Shown here in pieces: positions 7,145 through 17,192 of a stretch of DNA of 55,952 bases. The notes beneath the pieces are model-generated. The model worked only from the letters and a program-made list of their open reading frames with translations. It was not told the origin of the DNA and did not search any database. Source of the DNA: a virus. Lineage: Duplodnaviria; Caudoviricetes. Position 1 is the first letter of the stretch. Every line of letters begins with the position of its first letter. A program made the translations under genes and the position numbers. Location of the stretch: the IMG/VR virus record IMGVR_UViG_3300020404_000088, positions 1-55,952 of that record. One strand, given 5' to 3'.

Positions 7145-10014
7145 TATAGTTCCTTTTTCATACGTTCAACGGCCTTTTCTAGTTCTTCCTTGTACCGTTC
7201 TTTGTATCGTTTCTTATATTTATCTATTGTTTCTTCTTCATTTCTAAATTTTTCTATATCTGCCATCTTGATAGTTTCACTATATTTTCTGAAGTTTTGT
7301 ATAGGTTGACCTGGGGTCATACTCATTGTATGCCTAGCAGAATGATCTGTGCCTAATAAGTAATATTCATCTATTTTCATCTCTTTTTCAAGTTTATCTA
7401 TCAGACTTTCTTTCTGCATTTCTTTTGTCTTTTTCTTCATCTGTTCAATATATCTTCTATATACTGCCGCTTCTGAAGTTTTACCCATCTCTTTTGCTCG
7501 TTGTTCCATTGCAACAGCAGCTTGAATCTTGTGTGCATGAGTCTTACCAGAATTCTTAATCTTATTCACACTTGCTCTCGCAGTTTCAACATCTTTGAAA
7601 CCTAGACCTTTGATAGTGCCTTTTGGATTTTCATCTGTATATAGATCACTATGTTTATCTGAACCTGCAGGTTGACCTTTCTTTCTAGGTATTCTAGGTG
7701 CTTCGTCTAAAGGTTGTAGATCATATAACCATGCCTTCTTAATCAGACCGTCATTCTCATATGATACATAATTAGAACCTCGCCTAACAACCATACCTTG
7801 TGTGCCGTCTGTATGTTCTACCATATCACCCACGTTGAATATTTTTTCTTGATGATATTCTTCTCTTAAATCATTGTTCACAAAGTCAGTAAAATTACCT
7901 ACATAACTTTCTCTAATGTCCATACCTTTCTTGACAGCGGCAAATAATGCCTTTGTATCACTATCAGAAAGATTAACAACACCTCTTTTAAAATTTCTAT
8001 AATCATTATTCTTTGCCATCTCTCTCATTTTAGAGGCAGACATTCCTGTTACACCTTCAGCATCAGGATCTCTCTCGCCAGATGAAGCAACTTTGATTGA
8101 TTTGTAATTGTATTCTTTACCATTATACTTGTCAGCGAGTGATTGAAACTCTCTTATCCTATCACTACCAGCTACCATGATTATCTCACCATACATCTTG
8201 TCGTAGAATTTTAATATCTCCATAAATGTTCTTTGTGTGCCACCTGCTGCCATAATCTTATTTCTAGGAAACATTTTTCTCATAAACTTAACTTTGGTGT
8301 TTACATCTAATGGATTCTTTCTTTTGTCTTGTGAGGCGCTAGCATAGACAACGTGATTAGCGCTGTTCTTTCTAGCTTGATTTATCACTTCTCTCATAAG
8401 TTTATCATGCCCACTAGTAGGAGGGTTGAACCTACCAAAGGCAAATATTAGTTTCTTGCTATTATCTAACGCCTCTTTAACAGCCCTCGTTTTACTTTGG
8501 GCTAATTCTTTTCTGTAAGGTCCATGACCTTTATCTTTCCAGTTTTTATCTTGAATATTTTTAGCACCGACAGATTCTACATAACCACCTTTAAGTGAAT
8601 CTATCTCATCATCATCAACTTCACCATCTGCTAATATATTTTTTAGATATTTAAAGAAAGTTATATAGTGATATTTTTCTAACATCTTATATATTACATT
8701 TTTAGGTAATCTATTTTTGATACCATATGCTCTAATCTCGTCTGGTGTCATGTCTTTATCAAACGCCGCTCTTCTTTCAGCGTCAACTGTATCACCGATG
8801 TCAACAATATCTTGTATATCTTTTTCTATTTCTTCTAACTTATTCTTAATTCTTTTTTCTAAATCTTTAATATCGCCTGATTTTAATTCTTTTAATTCAT
8901 CATAGTCGATTATATCTCTTTTTAATTCGCCTTTAATTACGTCTATCTCTTGTACTTTTTTATCAAAATCTTTAATATATAAATTAACATCAAAGGTAAA
9001 ATCTTCTGGTCTTTTTACAAACTTATTATTCGTTATATCAAATACTGCGTCTGCTTTATTATTTTGATCATCATAAGTTTTTTCATCTGTAATTAAATAA
9101 TAATTAACAGGATGTTTTGTACCTGGTATTAACTTGCCTTGTATGTTGTCTGGATTTTTAGAAGATAAAAATTGTTTTGATAATCTTAATCTCTCGTCTT
9201 CTTGTTTTTCCTCTGGCACATCAAATAAAATATTAATATCTAAATCAGCATCATTTCTATATCTCTTTGTAAGTATAGAGCCAATCAAAGTTATCTTTAA
9301 AACAGGATATTCTTTTTCAAATTCTTCAACCTGTTTATCAATCATAGATAAAACACTAGACTTAATCTTTGGATTATCTGTATCTTCATCATCAAAAACA
9401 CCAGGTGCATAAGTTCTTCTAGGTATATCGATAATGGATTCTACAAATGTTTTAAATGTTTTCATTTCTTTTACATAGTTCCCTTTATTCATAAGGGCAT
9501 ACATTTTTTCACCTAATAAATTACCAGCATCATAATCTGAAACATAATGAAATCCTGCCAATACTCTTCCATAACCACACTCATTACCTGCCTCGATTAA
9601 GTTAGCCTCGTGTTCAGGAAATTTACCTGCAACATATCTCGCAACTATTCTTGATTGAACCGCATGGCCACTAGGGTATGATGGTGTCTTGTTTGTTTTA
9701 CTTGGTGATGTATCAATCGTCTTATCTATTTCGATAGGTCTCTTTCTATCAAACTTATCTTTAAAATAATTAATAGTATCTGTTGCTCCATAAATTATGT
9801 CTTTAAATTCATCTTTGTGAAACATCATTTTATTATCGTCACAATATTTTTTAATAGCATAGAAAGGAACTTCATCATGGTCTGCGATTGATTTCTCTTG
9901 CTCTGCCGTTCTATTAGATACAATTTTCTTCACCTCTTTTGCTTCACCTATATCATCTTTAGGTGGTGCAGGTATTGTTATATCTTTATACAACTTATCT
10001 TTAAAAAATTTCAT
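7144..10014 (-). CDS. multidomain enzyme: PAP2 phosphatase + Pol-beta-type nucleotidyltransferase + cytidylyltransferase-like (HIGH class) + C-terminal modules
   Basis: RKRP/PSYPSGH/RVLAGFHYVSD (PAP2); IGS...DADLD (NTase); FGRFNPPTSGH/VAGSDR/MSASKMR (HIGH-like). Confidence 0.8.
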   Translation of the reverse strand: MKFFKDKLYKDITIPAPPKDDIGEAKEVKKIVSNRTAEQEKSIADHDEVPFYAIKKYCDDNKMMFHKDEFKDIIYGATDTINYFKDKFDRKRPIEIDKTIDTSPSKTNKTPSYPSGHAVQSRIVARYVAGKFPEHEANLIEAGNECGYGRVLAGFHYVSDYDAGNLLGEKMYALMNKGNYVKEMKTFKTFVESIIDIPRRTYAPGVFDDEDTDNPKIKSSVLSMIDKQVEEFEKEYPVLKITLIGSILTKRYRNDADLDINILFDVPEEKQEDERLRLSKQFLSSKNPDNIQGKLIPGTKHPVNYYLITDEKTYDDQNNKADAVFDITNNKFVKRPEDFTFDVNLYIKDFDKKVQEIDVIKGELKRDIIDYDELKELKSGDIKDLEKRIKNKLEEIEKDIQDIVDIGDTVDAERRAAFDKDMTPDEIRAYGIKNRLPKNVIYKMLEKYHYITFFKYLKNILADGEVDDDEIDSLKGGYVESVGAKNIQDKNWKDKGHGPYRKELAQSKTRAVKEALDNSKKLIFAFGRFNPPTSGHDKLMREVINQARKNSANHVVYASASQDKRKNPLDVNTKVKFMRKMFPRNKIMAAGGTQRTFMEILKFYDKMYGEIIMVAGSDRIREFQSLADKYNGKEYNYKSIKVASSGERDPDAEGVTGMSASKMREMAKNNDYRNFKRGVVNLSDSDTKALFAAVKKGMDIRESYVGNFTDFVNNDLREEYHQEKIFNVGDMVEHTDGTQGMVVRRGSNYVSYENDGLIKKAWLYDLQPLDEAPRIPRKKGQPAGSDKHSDLYTDENPKGTIKGLGFKDVETARASVNKIKNSGKTHAHKIQAAVAMEQRAKEMGKTSEAAVYRRYIEQMKKKTKEMQKESLIDKLEKEMKIDEYYLLGTDHSARHTMSMTPGQPIQNFRKYSETIKMADIEKFRNEEETIDKYKKRYKERYKEELEKAVERMKKEL

Positions 10015-10268
10015 TATTCTCCACCTCCATTACCATTTGATCCATTACCATTAGTGCCATTACCATTGCCGTTAGTACCATTATCGTTTGTATTGTTATC
10101 ACTTGATTGTTGATCATTTTGTCCGTTGCCATTTCTACCACCAAAGTAAGGATAATATCTAGTCACGCCAGTAGGCACACAGACTTGTAACTTATTATCA
10201 AATCTATATCCTGGTGGACACTTTTTCTGTTTTTGTGCCTGCAACATAAACTGTTTAAATTTATACAT
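10014..10268 (-). CDS. small protein with Cys pair and Asn/Gly-rich tail
   Basis: CPPGYRFDNKLQVC followed by NG repeats; abuts both neighbours. Confidence 0.7.
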   Translation of the reverse strand: MYKFKQFMLQAQKQKKCPPGYRFDNKLQVCVPTGVTRYYPYFGGRNGNGQNDQQSSDNNTNDNGTNGNGNGTNGNGSNGNGGGE

Positions 10269-10269
10269 C

Positions 10270-11502
10270 TTATCCTTTTACCCAATCTTTTGCTACATTA
10301 AAGTTTGCCTGACTAAAGACTAATCTATCAACTAGTTTGACAGCGTTACCTTTATTTATTGCAACATAACCCTCAGGATTTGTTACCTTGTAGCCATTTT
10401 TAGTTCTCATAAAAGAACCTATACTTTGTATCTTATTTAATTTACTTAACAACATACTCTTTGCTGTCTGTAACGTGATGTAAGAAGCAATAGTAAAATA
10501 AAGACCTTGTCTGTTAGGTCTTAATATCTTCATACCTGCTTCTAGTATCTCTTTGTATTTTTGTTTTGCTTTATCAGTTTTCTTACTGTCTATCTCTTTC
10601 TTTATTTTCTCTATGAAATATACCTCAAAGTTATTTGTTAATGCTTTTGCATTACCAATCTTTGATCCTGCTCTAATATATGTATTGAAAAATGTTTTAA
10701 GTTGAACACCTAGAGATAAAGGACCTTTATCTTTTTTAATTTTATCTATGAAAGCACCTGCCTTATAGATAGAACCCTCTGCCATATTTAATATAGCGTC
10801 AAATCTTTTTTCTTCTCCTGAATTAAAACCAGGATCTTCTGCCTGTTTGTATCTTGCGTCATCAAAGAATACGTTTTTGTTTTGCCTTAATCCACCAACA
10901 CTTGCACCAAAACTTGCTTTCATAGTTTTGATCGTTTTACCTGAATATGATGTGTGGAAAATTATACCGATCTTTGCCTTGTTTATTCTATCATACATAG
11001 AACTGCCAAAGAATCCACTCTTGACAACTGGCACAGCATAAGTTATTGTGTTAGGTGTAAATACAATCGACTTCTCTCCATTAACATTAGCCATCTTCTT
11101 ATCATCACTTGTAAACAATAAGTCACCTTGTATTACGCCTTTGATACCTAACGAAGGCAAATACTTTAATGCAACAGCAAGTTTATCCGCTAATGCGCCG
11201 CCGTGGTTTCTGGATATATCCGACACGGTGTAGTTTATTTTAGGCGTTGCATTAAATATTGATTTCGTTCCTACGAAAAATCTACCATTCTCTGGATTGA
11301 TACCACAGAATATAGCAGGTGCACCGTCCCATTTCACTGAAACAGTTGAACCTCCCTTGCCTCCCTGAAGCATTTTTTTGATAGACTTTAAAAACTCAAT
11401 CGAAGTTTTTGCACCGCTTGTCCCATTATTAATAATTTCGTCTTCTAAATGTTCAAGGTGTGTATTTCGGTCTTCATTTAAGACTTTTTTAAACCCTTGC
11501 AT
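10270..11502 (-). CDS. conserved T4-like protein with ATP-dependent ligase-type motif (putative RNA-ligase-like nucleotidyltransferase)
   Basis: NTHLEHLED N-terminus; KWDG (motif I-like), QGDLLF (III-like), EGYV (IV-like), VKLV (V-like). Confidence 0.65.
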   Translation of the reverse strand: MQGFKKVLNEDRNTHLEHLEDEIINNGTSGAKTSIEFLKSIKKMLQGGKGGSTVSVKWDGAPAIFCGINPENGRFFVGTKSIFNATPKINYTVSDISRNHGGALADKLAVALKYLPSLGIKGVIQGDLLFTSDDKKMANVNGEKSIVFTPNTITYAVPVVKSGFFGSSMYDRINKAKIGIIFHTSYSGKTIKTMKASFGASVGGLRQNKNVFFDDARYKQAEDPGFNSGEEKRFDAILNMAEGSIYKAGAFIDKIKKDKGPLSLGVQLKTFFNTYIRAGSKIGNAKALTNNFEVYFIEKIKKEIDSKKTDKAKQKYKEILEAGMKILRPNRQGLYFTIASYITLQTAKSMLLSKLNKIQSIGSFMRTKNGYKVTNPEGYVAINKGNAVKLVDRLVFSQANFNVAKDWVKG

Positions 11503-11533
11503 TATGCACTTTCTCCATTTAATATTATATGAT

Positions 11534-11569
11534 TATTTATATTATAACACACTTTAGACAGGCTGTCAA
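11534..11569 (-). promoter_or_regulatory. overlapping sigma70-type and late promoters
   Basis: TTGACA(11564-69)-N17-TATAAT(11541-46) with TG extension; TATAAATA at 11534-41. Confidence 0.8.
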
Positions 11570-11575
11570 GTGATA

Positions 11576-12835
11576 TTATTTGGCAATTACAAATTTACCA
11601 GATTTTGGTGCTCTAGAGGTTACATAAGTAAATATACTTCTAACAAATTCAGTTTTTACTTCTTGTTTTTCTTTTGCTAGCCAACCTGATATGACAGGCA
11701 TAACTCTATTAATAATAGTTGTAGCACTTAATTCACCTCTTCTTTTATCGTAAGCTTCTTTACCATACTTATTTCTAAATTCTGCTTTTGTTTTCTCGTG
11801 TATCTTATTTTGTGCTTTAAATAGATCATTTCCTATCTTATATTGTTTTAAAAATTCTTCACCAACTTTTGAATTATGTTGACCCACTAACCTAGAAAAT
11901 GCGTCAAATGATGTAAGAGAACCACCTCTTGCTTGAGCACCTTTATATGTAAAGTCAACTTTCCATTGACCTGCTGAGGGTTCATGTCTTATCTGTATCT
12001 TACCTTTATCACCACCTTTATCGTCAACTATTCCTAATAACATATCTCTTTGTGGATCTTTTTCTGTGTACCAGACTTTACCTGCTTTCATTTCAACTTT
12101 ATATATATCTTTATATTTTACATTTTTTAATAATTCTGTTTTTGATTTTTCATCAAAGTTTACTGGTTGAAGTTGAACCTCTTTAATTTGTTTTTTTAAA
12201 GATAAAGGAAATAAATCACCTGATTTCATATTTTCAGTAATTAGTATGTTTAATCTATCTATATTATATGAGCCTTGATTTGATTGTGCAAATGATAACT
12301 CTTTATTAACATTTCTTTTTGCAACTTCACTAGCAAAATACATATCAGCAGGACTCCATTTATTAATATCACCAAACGATGGTTGTCCTAGAGTAGTCCA
12401 GTATTTTGTATTCTTATTTGCTATCTTAAATAACTTCTCTATATTACCCATGATAGGACCATCACCTCTTTTGTATAGTAAGTTATTAATTCCTGGTGTC
12501 TGTATTCTATTAAATTTTGTATATCCTAACTTTGACATTAAAGTTGTAATATCTTGAATTAATTTCAAAGCAATTAAAACAGAGGATCGATACCAACCAT
12601 TTTTATCACTAGGTCTTTTTAAAAAATCTTCTATACCTATTAATGAAGCACCTGGAGTATCAATAGCTTTATATGCTTGATCTATTAATTTTCTATTATC
12701 AGATTCAAATTCATTATAGTTAGTATATTTTGATAAATCTAAAACTGATTTTGCCTTTGATACACCTGCAATGTCGGCTATAGCACAAAATAGTGCTTGT
12801 GCTGATTCTCCGAATTTTGTATCTATTGCTGACAT
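11576..12835 (-). CDS. hypothetical protein, possible PD-(D/E)xK-type nuclease
   Basis: Start moved to ATG 12835 to avoid the tRNA; KWSPADMY...PLSLKK motif. Confidence 0.55.
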   Translation of the reverse strand: MSAIDTKFGESAQALFCAIADIAGVSKAKSVLDLSKYTNYNEFESDNRKLIDQAYKAIDTPGASLIGIEDFLKRPSDKNGWYRSSVLIALKLIQDITTLMSKLGYTKFNRIQTPGINNLLYKRGDGPIMGNIEKLFKIANKNTKYWTTLGQPSFGDINKWSPADMYFASEVAKRNVNKELSFAQSNQGSYNIDRLNILITENMKSGDLFPLSLKKQIKEVQLQPVNFDEKSKTELLKNVKYKDIYKVEMKAGKVWYTEKDPQRDMLLGIVDDKGGDKGKIQIRHEPSAGQWKVDFTYKGAQARGGSLTSFDAFSRLVGQHNSKVGEEFLKQYKIGNDLFKAQNKIHEKTKAEFRNKYGKEAYDKRRGELSATTIINRVMPVISGWLAKEKQEVKTEFVRSIFTYVTSRAPKSGKFVIAK

Positions 12836-12840
12836 ATCAT

Positions 12841-12848
12841 TATTTATA
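12841..12848 (-). promoter_or_regulatory. T4-type late promoter
   Basis: TATAAATA immediately after the tRNA CCA and 5 nt before an ATG. Confidence 0.7.
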
Positions 12849-12850
12849 TA

Positions 12851-12927
<77 letters not shown>

Positions 12928-12931
12928 CTAA

Positions 12932-13633
12932 TTAATCTTTTTTAGATTCTTCTTTTTTCATACCATCTGTTGTGCCTTTGAACACTAATGATACTCTAAA
13001 CTTATCTGTTTCAACTGATCTCGCAACATGAGGTATTCTACCATCAAACAATACGACACGACCTGCTCTTGGCCAGTATGACTTCACAATGTTTTTTGCG
13101 TCACTACCATTAAGACCATATGGTGTTTTTATCGCCATCGCTCTTTGTTCATCATTTAGATTAGGTGTCCAGAATTCAATCGATCCACCATCTTCAGGTT
13201 GCCAATCAGGTGTTAGATATACAATTGCTGTATATTGATTAGCAGTCCAACCGTCAATGTGTATGCCGCCCGATTGATGTTTACCATGACCATTAAGATA
13301 ATGCCTTAATAGTTTCATACCAGGATTAACTTTATCCCATATCTCTTTAACCCAATCTTGTTCTATCTCGTATTCTTCTCTCTTGGTATCATGGCCACCA
13401 AGATGAATATGTTTATAACCAGATGTCTTTGCCTCTGCTTTCATCTCTTCCGATGAATACCAACCTTCTTGCCAGTCTAACTTCATAGCAATATCATAAT
13501 ATCTTTTAATATCTTCTTCAGGTATTGTGCCGTCTGAAGCATTGATTGTTCTATGATAATCACCACCAAGCATATTACTACCATCGGTAGTTGAGTATTT
13601 GCCGTCTGGTTGTTTCATTATTACTTCACCCAT
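12932..13633 (-). CDS. 2OG-Fe(II) oxygenase
   Basis: HID...YLTPDWQPEDGG...LFDGRIPH...RVSLVFK (HxD..H..R). Confidence 0.88.
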   Translation of the reverse strand: MGEVIMKQPDGKYSTTDGSNMLGGDYHRTINASDGTIPEEDIKRYYDIAMKLDWQEGWYSSEEMKAEAKTSGYKHIHLGGHDTKREEYEIEQDWVKEIWDKVNPGMKLLRHYLNGHGKHQSGGIHIDGWTANQYTAIVYLTPDWQPEDGGSIEFWTPNLNDEQRAMAIKTPYGLNGSDAKNIVKSYWPRAGRVVLFDGRIPHVARSVETDKFRVSLVFKGTTDGMKKEESKKD

Positions 13634-13908
13634 TATATTTTCCCTTCCGTCAAGAACTTGACAATGCCACCACTATGAATCCATTGTTTATGTTTATTAT
13701 GAAAAGCAGCAAGCTTCTTAGCATCATCTTCAAAGTGACTTGATTGAATAATACTTCCTGTTGGTCTTTCTATAACCAACCATCGCATTTTATTTTTATG
13801 CTTACTCAATTTAGTTTCATAGAATAGTTTATTTTTATGCATAGTCTTTGGTGGTCTTTTGTCACCAGGAAAATGCCTAGTTCTATTGCTGCTTTTCTTT
13901 TTTTTCAT
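13633..13908 (-). CDS. basic hypothetical protein
   Basis: Likely start MKKKKSS at 13908, directly after the upstream stop. Confidence 0.65.
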   Translation of the reverse strand: MKKKKSSNRTRHFPGDKRPPKTMHKNKLFYETKLSKHKNKMRWLVIERPTGSIIQSSHFEDDAKKLAAFHNKHKQWIHSGGIVKFLTEGKI

Positions 13909-13909
13909 A

Positions 13910-14185
13910 TTATGATTGTGGTTGATCTGCGTTATCCTCTGCAGGTTCCTCAGCAGAGTTAGCGGCAGGCTCACCATCTTTAGCAGTTTCTTCTACTAAA
14001 GCACTTTCAGGTAGATTATTTGTTAAATAATCGCTGTACCAATTAATTATAATTTTAACATTATCAAACTCAGATGTTAATTGTCTTAATTTAGCTTGTG
14101 CCTGTGAAACCTGTACGACAGCGTTCTTACACTTATCGTCTATTTTAGTTTCGTCATATGTTTTACCATTTATTGTTATTGCCAT
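13910..14185 (-). CDS. hypothetical coiled-coil protein
   Basis: ITINGKTYD N-terminus, helical body, acidic tail; AGGAG RBS. Confidence 0.75.
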   Translation of the reverse strand: MAITINGKTYDETKIDDKCKNAVVQVSQAQAKLRQLTSEFDNVKIIINWYSDYLTNNLPESALVEETAKDGEPAANSAEEPAEDNADQPQS

Positions 14186-14195
14186 TTTGTTCTCC

Positions 14196-14399
14196 TTATA
14201 TTAATGCAATGTCAGAAGCAGCCTGTTTACCACGTTGCTCTGTTAGTTCGTAAGATACTGCTTGTCCATCTGAAACAGATTGTACATTTGCAGCTTGTAA
14301 TGCTGATACATGAAGGAATGCATCTTTACCACCATCATCTGGTGTTATAAATCCGAATCCTTTTTTAGCATCAAACCATTTTACTTTTCCTGTAGCCAT
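14196..14399 (-). CDS. cspA: cold-shock protein
   Basis: GKVKWFDAKKGFGFITPDDGGKDAFLHVSAL (RNP1/RNP2). Confidence 0.96.
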   Translation of the reverse strand: MATGKVKWFDAKKGFGFITPDDGGKDAFLHVSALQAANVQSVSDGQAVSYELTEQRGKQAASDIALI

Positions 14400-14423
14400 T
14401 TATTTTCCTTTTTAGTTTAGGTC

Positions 14424-15800
14424 TTATATTTTAAAGTCCGAGAATTGACCTACTTTTTTCCCGAATTTATTATCAGTTGTTAATGTTTGACCACTATCAA
14501 CTAAATCTGTTTGTGCTGATTGTTCTACATCATAGAATCTCATCTTTGATCTATCAACACCTAGAATAAATTTTCTATTGATCGTTGGATCATTATATCT
14601 ATTCTTTAATTGTTTAACCATTATCTGATTCTTTTCTTCTAGTTCTTCACTTGATATCAAGGCGAACATGAAGTCTGCCGTTGCAGGCAAACCAAAACTT
14701 TCAGATGTATCTTCTAAACCTACATCACTACTTACAAAACCACCTCTTGTAGTTTGTGTGGCAGAGAATATAGGTACATCAATCTCAACTGCAAGACCTC
14801 TTAGTTCTTCAGCGATTGATTTGATGTAAGTATAACTATTCACATTTGCACCTGATTTAAATCTTGCACTAGCACATATATTCAGATAATCAATAAATAC
14901 AATATCTGGTTTAAAAGATTTCTTCATTGCAAGTTCACTCAATAGATTCTTGAAATGACCTGTATGAGCAGACGCAGTAGGATATTCTTTGATGATTAAC
15001 TTACCTGTCGTCTTACTTTGTAATTTGTTTATCTTCGTTTCATACATTGTATATGGCAATTCTTCAAGATCACTCATACCCACATTCAATAGATTAGCAT
15101 CTATTCTCTCGGCAATTCTTTCTTCAGCCATCTCCATAGTAATATACAATACGTTCTTACCTTGTAATAATACAGATGAAGCAAGGTGTGTCATAAACAT
15201 TGTCTTACCAACACCTGTACCTGCAAGACAAATATTCAAAGTCTTGCTTGGTATACCACCTCTTGTAATTTTATTGAAGAAATCTAAATCTAATTCTAAT
15301 CTTTCTTCTTTCTTTTTATAGAAGTCATATCTTTCCTGTGACTCTAGTAAATAATCATGCCCAACTTTTTGATCAAACGATACACTCAAAGCACCTGATA
15401 ATAATTCAGGTAGATATTCTGGTGTGTGTTGTTTATCTTTACCATCTAGTATCTGAATACCACCTAGTATTGCATTATGTATGGCACGATCTTTACAAAA
15501 CTTTTCTGTTGTTTCTAATAACCATTCTGTATTCACTGGTTCTTTATCTAATGTAGATAATATATCTGTTATCTTTTTGTATTCATCTTCATTAATATTC
15601 TTATTAGAGTTAATCTCAATAGATAATGCTTCTTTTGTAGGAAGACTATTATACTTGTCAACAAATTTATAGATTTCTAAAAATAATAATCCTTCTAATC
15701 TGTCAGCAAAGTATTCTTGTTTGATGAAAGGTAAAACTTTTCTAGTATATTCTTCGTTGTGAATTAAATTACTTAAAGCTGTTTGTTCAATTCTTGGCAT
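14424..15800 (-). CDS. gp41: replicative DNA helicase
   Basis: AGTGVGKT Walker A, ITMEMAEE, IDYLNI, SESFGLPATAD, QLKNRY. Confidence 0.96.
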   Translation of the reverse strand: MPRIEQTALSNLIHNEEYTRKVLPFIKQEYFADRLEGLLFLEIYKFVDKYNSLPTKEALSIEINSNKNINEDEYKKITDILSTLDKEPVNTEWLLETTEKFCKDRAIHNAILGGIQILDGKDKQHTPEYLPELLSGALSVSFDQKVGHDYLLESQERYDFYKKKEERLELDLDFFNKITRGGIPSKTLNICLAGTGVGKTMFMTHLASSVLLQGKNVLYITMEMAEERIAERIDANLLNVGMSDLEELPYTMYETKINKLQSKTTGKLIIKEYPTASAHTGHFKNLLSELAMKKSFKPDIVFIDYLNICASARFKSGANVNSYTYIKSIAEELRGLAVEIDVPIFSATQTTRGGFVSSDVGLEDTSESFGLPATADFMFALISSEELEEKNQIMVKQLKNRYNDPTINRKFILGVDRSKMRFYDVEQSAQTDLVDSGQTLTTDNKFGKKVGQFSDFKI

Positions 15801-16161
15801 TTAGTTTATCTTCTTTTAGTTTTTCATCAAGTAACACAACTAGTATGTCACCGATATGGTTAATAAATTCTTGACTATCAATATCTGCGTCAATCTTATT
15901 CTCTATTATATCATAATCGAACTGCATAGGCAAGGTGCCATCGGGTCTTTTTTCAGATTCAGGTCTGAACCCAACAGCACCGTACTTATAAACTATTGAT
16001 GAAAATGGACCACTAATCAACTTCAATGCCGTAAAGTCCTCTCCAGGCTTCTCTACGAACACATAGTCTTCCATATGTTTAGGATTAGTCGTCTTGTGAG
16101 GTTTCGGTATCGGCTTCTTCAAATCCATCTCCATATTTAAACTCTTTACTACATACTCCAT
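15787..16161 (-). CDS. hypothetical protein at the T4 gp40 position
   Basis: ORF between uvsX and gp41; true start uncertain (possibly 16128). Confidence 0.6.
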   Translation of the reverse strand: MEYVVKSLNMEMDLKKPIPKPHKTTNPKHMEDYVFVEKPGEDFTALKLISGPFSSIVYKYGAVGFRPESEKRPDGTLPMQFDYDIIENKIDADIDSQEFINHIGDILVVLLDEKLKEDKLNAKN

Positions 16162-17137
16162 CTAATTGTTCTAGTATCTCTTTTGTGAAGTATTTTGTCG
16201 GGTCGTTATTAATTGTCTTACCAAATGTTTTTGATCCGTCTGGTAATTCAATTCTAGTAGAAACTTGTTTAAATATTTTATGTTTTAAAGCCAAGTCTAG
16301 TAGACCGTAGTATCTATCCAAACCTTTGTCGTAGGTTAATCTAACATCTACAACTTTGTTTTCTTTGGTTAATCTTGATTTATAGTTCTTACAATGTATT
16401 ATATTACCTATAATTTCTGTGCCATCTTTCTCTTTCCTTTTAGATAGATATACGATTGATGACGCTGCATATTTTAATCCTGATCCACCACCCATTTCTT
16501 TCTGTGGGAACATTGAACCAATAACATCATAAGTGTGATTAGTAATTATCAAAGGCACTTTTGCCTTACCTAGTTTTAGTGTCAATACTCTAAAGGCAGC
16601 CTTGACTATCTGTGCCCTTGTCATATCTTTAGTTTCTTTACCTGCTTGTGTATCTTCCATCTCTTTAGTAGTTGATAACATACCTAAACTATCTAATACT
16701 AATAACAATGGTTTTCTATCAGAGGGGTCTTGCTCTATGTACTTATCAAGCACAGTGAGTGATTGATGTCTAAATTCTTGTACAGTAGTCACTGGCATAA
16801 TAACTATTCTACTGCTATCTATACCACGTTCTTCAATTATATCTTTTGTAATTGCTGATTCTGATTCAAAGAATATAACACCACCGTCAGGATTTTTATC
16901 AAGAAAGTTTTTACACATCCCTAATACAAAGAAAGTTTTACCTGTAGCACTTTCACCTGCGATTGCTGTTATCTTATTTGATGGTAGGCCTCTATGAATT
17001 GAGCCGCCTAATAGTGCATTGAATATATATGATCCTGTATCTATGAAAGAATCAACATCACCTGAAGCACCGTCTGATACTATACTGGCATATTCATTAC
17101 CAGTTTCTTTTATTATATCTTTTAAAAAATCACTCAT
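16085..17137 (-). CDS. uvsX: RecA-like recombinase
   Basis: [32 protein letters not shown]. Confidence 0.96.
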   Translation of the reverse strand: MSDFLKDIIKETGNEYASIVSDGASGDVDSFIDTGSYIFNALLGGSIHRGLPSNKITAIAGESATGKTFFVLGMCKNFLDKNPDGGVIFFESESAITKDIIEERGIDSSRIVIMPVTTVQEFRHQSLTVLDKYIEQDPSDRKPLLLVLDSLGMLSTTKEMEDTQAGKETKDMTRAQIVKAAFRVLTLKLGKAKVPLIITNHTYDVIGSMFPQKEMGGGSGLKYAASSIVYLSKRKEKDGTEIIGNIIHCKNYKSRLTKENKVVDVRLTYDKGLDRYYGLLDLALKHKIFKQVSTRIELPDGSKTFGKTINNDPTKYFTKEILEQLDGVCSKEFKYGDGFEEADTETSQDD

Positions 17138-17164
17138 TAATTATCCTTGTTAGTTTCATTATCT

Positions 17165-17192
17165 ATTATACTATATTTATATTCAATGTCAA
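17165..17192 (-). promoter_or_regulatory. sigma70-type promoter with nested late promoter (uvsX)
   Basis: TTGACA-N16-TATAAT; TATAAATA at 17174-81. Confidence 0.7.
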
